From an uncultured archaeon (lineage in GTDB: Archaea; Micrarchaeota; Micrarchaeia; Norongarragalinales; CABMDW01), in assembly GCA_902385045.1 (NCBI GenBank), contig CABMDW010000108.1, positions 1-36,717 on the forward strand: a DNA stretch of 36,717 nucleotides, read 5' to 3'. This document shows positions 36,395-36,717 of the stretch, one piece after another. How positions within the stretch are numbered: the stretch's first letter is position 1; each line of letters starts with the position of its first letter. The translations under genes and the position numbers were made by a program. The notes under the pieces are model-generated. The model was not told the origin of the DNA. It saw only the letters and a program-made list of their open reading frames with translations, and searched no databases.

Positions 36395-36717
36395 ATGAAC
36401 AATGCTACTAAATTTCAAATATGTCTCTTGTTAACAGTACCTTTAGGAGTACTCACGATAATCAATAACATTTATTTGATTCCATTAATCGTAATCTTGG
36501 GTGTTTCCATTTACTTCATAAACAAAATGGATTCTCTTGAAAAAAAGATTGGATGGTATTATTTGGTTGGAGTAATTGCCTTAATAATTCCAATACTATT
36601 AATTCAAAATCCTTATTCGATTCTATTTGCAGAATTAGTGATATACTTCATATTAATGATAATCAAAAACGTTTTACCAAAGAAAATGCAAGTAAAAATA
36701 ATTGAGACGACCAAGAA
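36395..36717 (+). CDS. Polytopic membrane protein of the pilus locus (truncated by the window edge)
   Basis: Hand-translated open frame MNNATKFQICLLLTVPLG... with about 4 hydrophobic segments, continuing past 36717. Confidence 0.65.
   Translation, partial: MNNATKFQICLLLTVPLGVLTIINNIYLIPLIVILGVSIYFINKMDSLEKKIGWYYLVGVIALIIPILLIQNPYSILFAELVIYFILMIIKNVLPKKMQVKIIETTK

Noticed and set aside
1..36717. CRISPR array, rRNA, transposase or prophage
   Set aside because: No regularly spaced repeats, no long GC-rich non-coding stretch and no mobile-element proteins; intergenic gaps are all under ~200 nt.

Overview
AT-rich, gene-dense archaeal chromosome segment, most consistent with a small-genome DPANN-type archaeon (inferred from protein content only). 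Mostly housekeeping genes: ThrRS, AspRS, AglH/GPT, topoisomerase VI A/B, P3A H+-ATPase, H+-PPase, uS2, ScpB, PCNA, FKBP, NAC, archease, Mre11, prefoldin beta, Pcc1, NhaP, Cdc6/Orc1, SepF, two tRNAs (tRNA-Val with a BHB intron) and an EppA-type type IV pilin locus. Main unexplained items: (1) a tightly packed cluster of eight small uncharacterised membrane genes at 24669-27316, three of them apparent tandem paralogs, next to a coiled-coil protein and a probably inactive HerA/VirB4-like protein, which may be an undescribed membrane apparatus; (2) an ~80-aa beta-rich domain inserted in the Top6B ATPase domain; (3) three single in-frame TAA stops and C>A mismatches in both tRNA T-arms, all explainable by G:C>T:A changes (damage/error or mutational erosion); (4) degenerate Mrp/ApbC and riboflavin-synthase-fold proteins. 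No CRISPR, rRNA or mobile element was seen. All family calls are by eye, with no database search.
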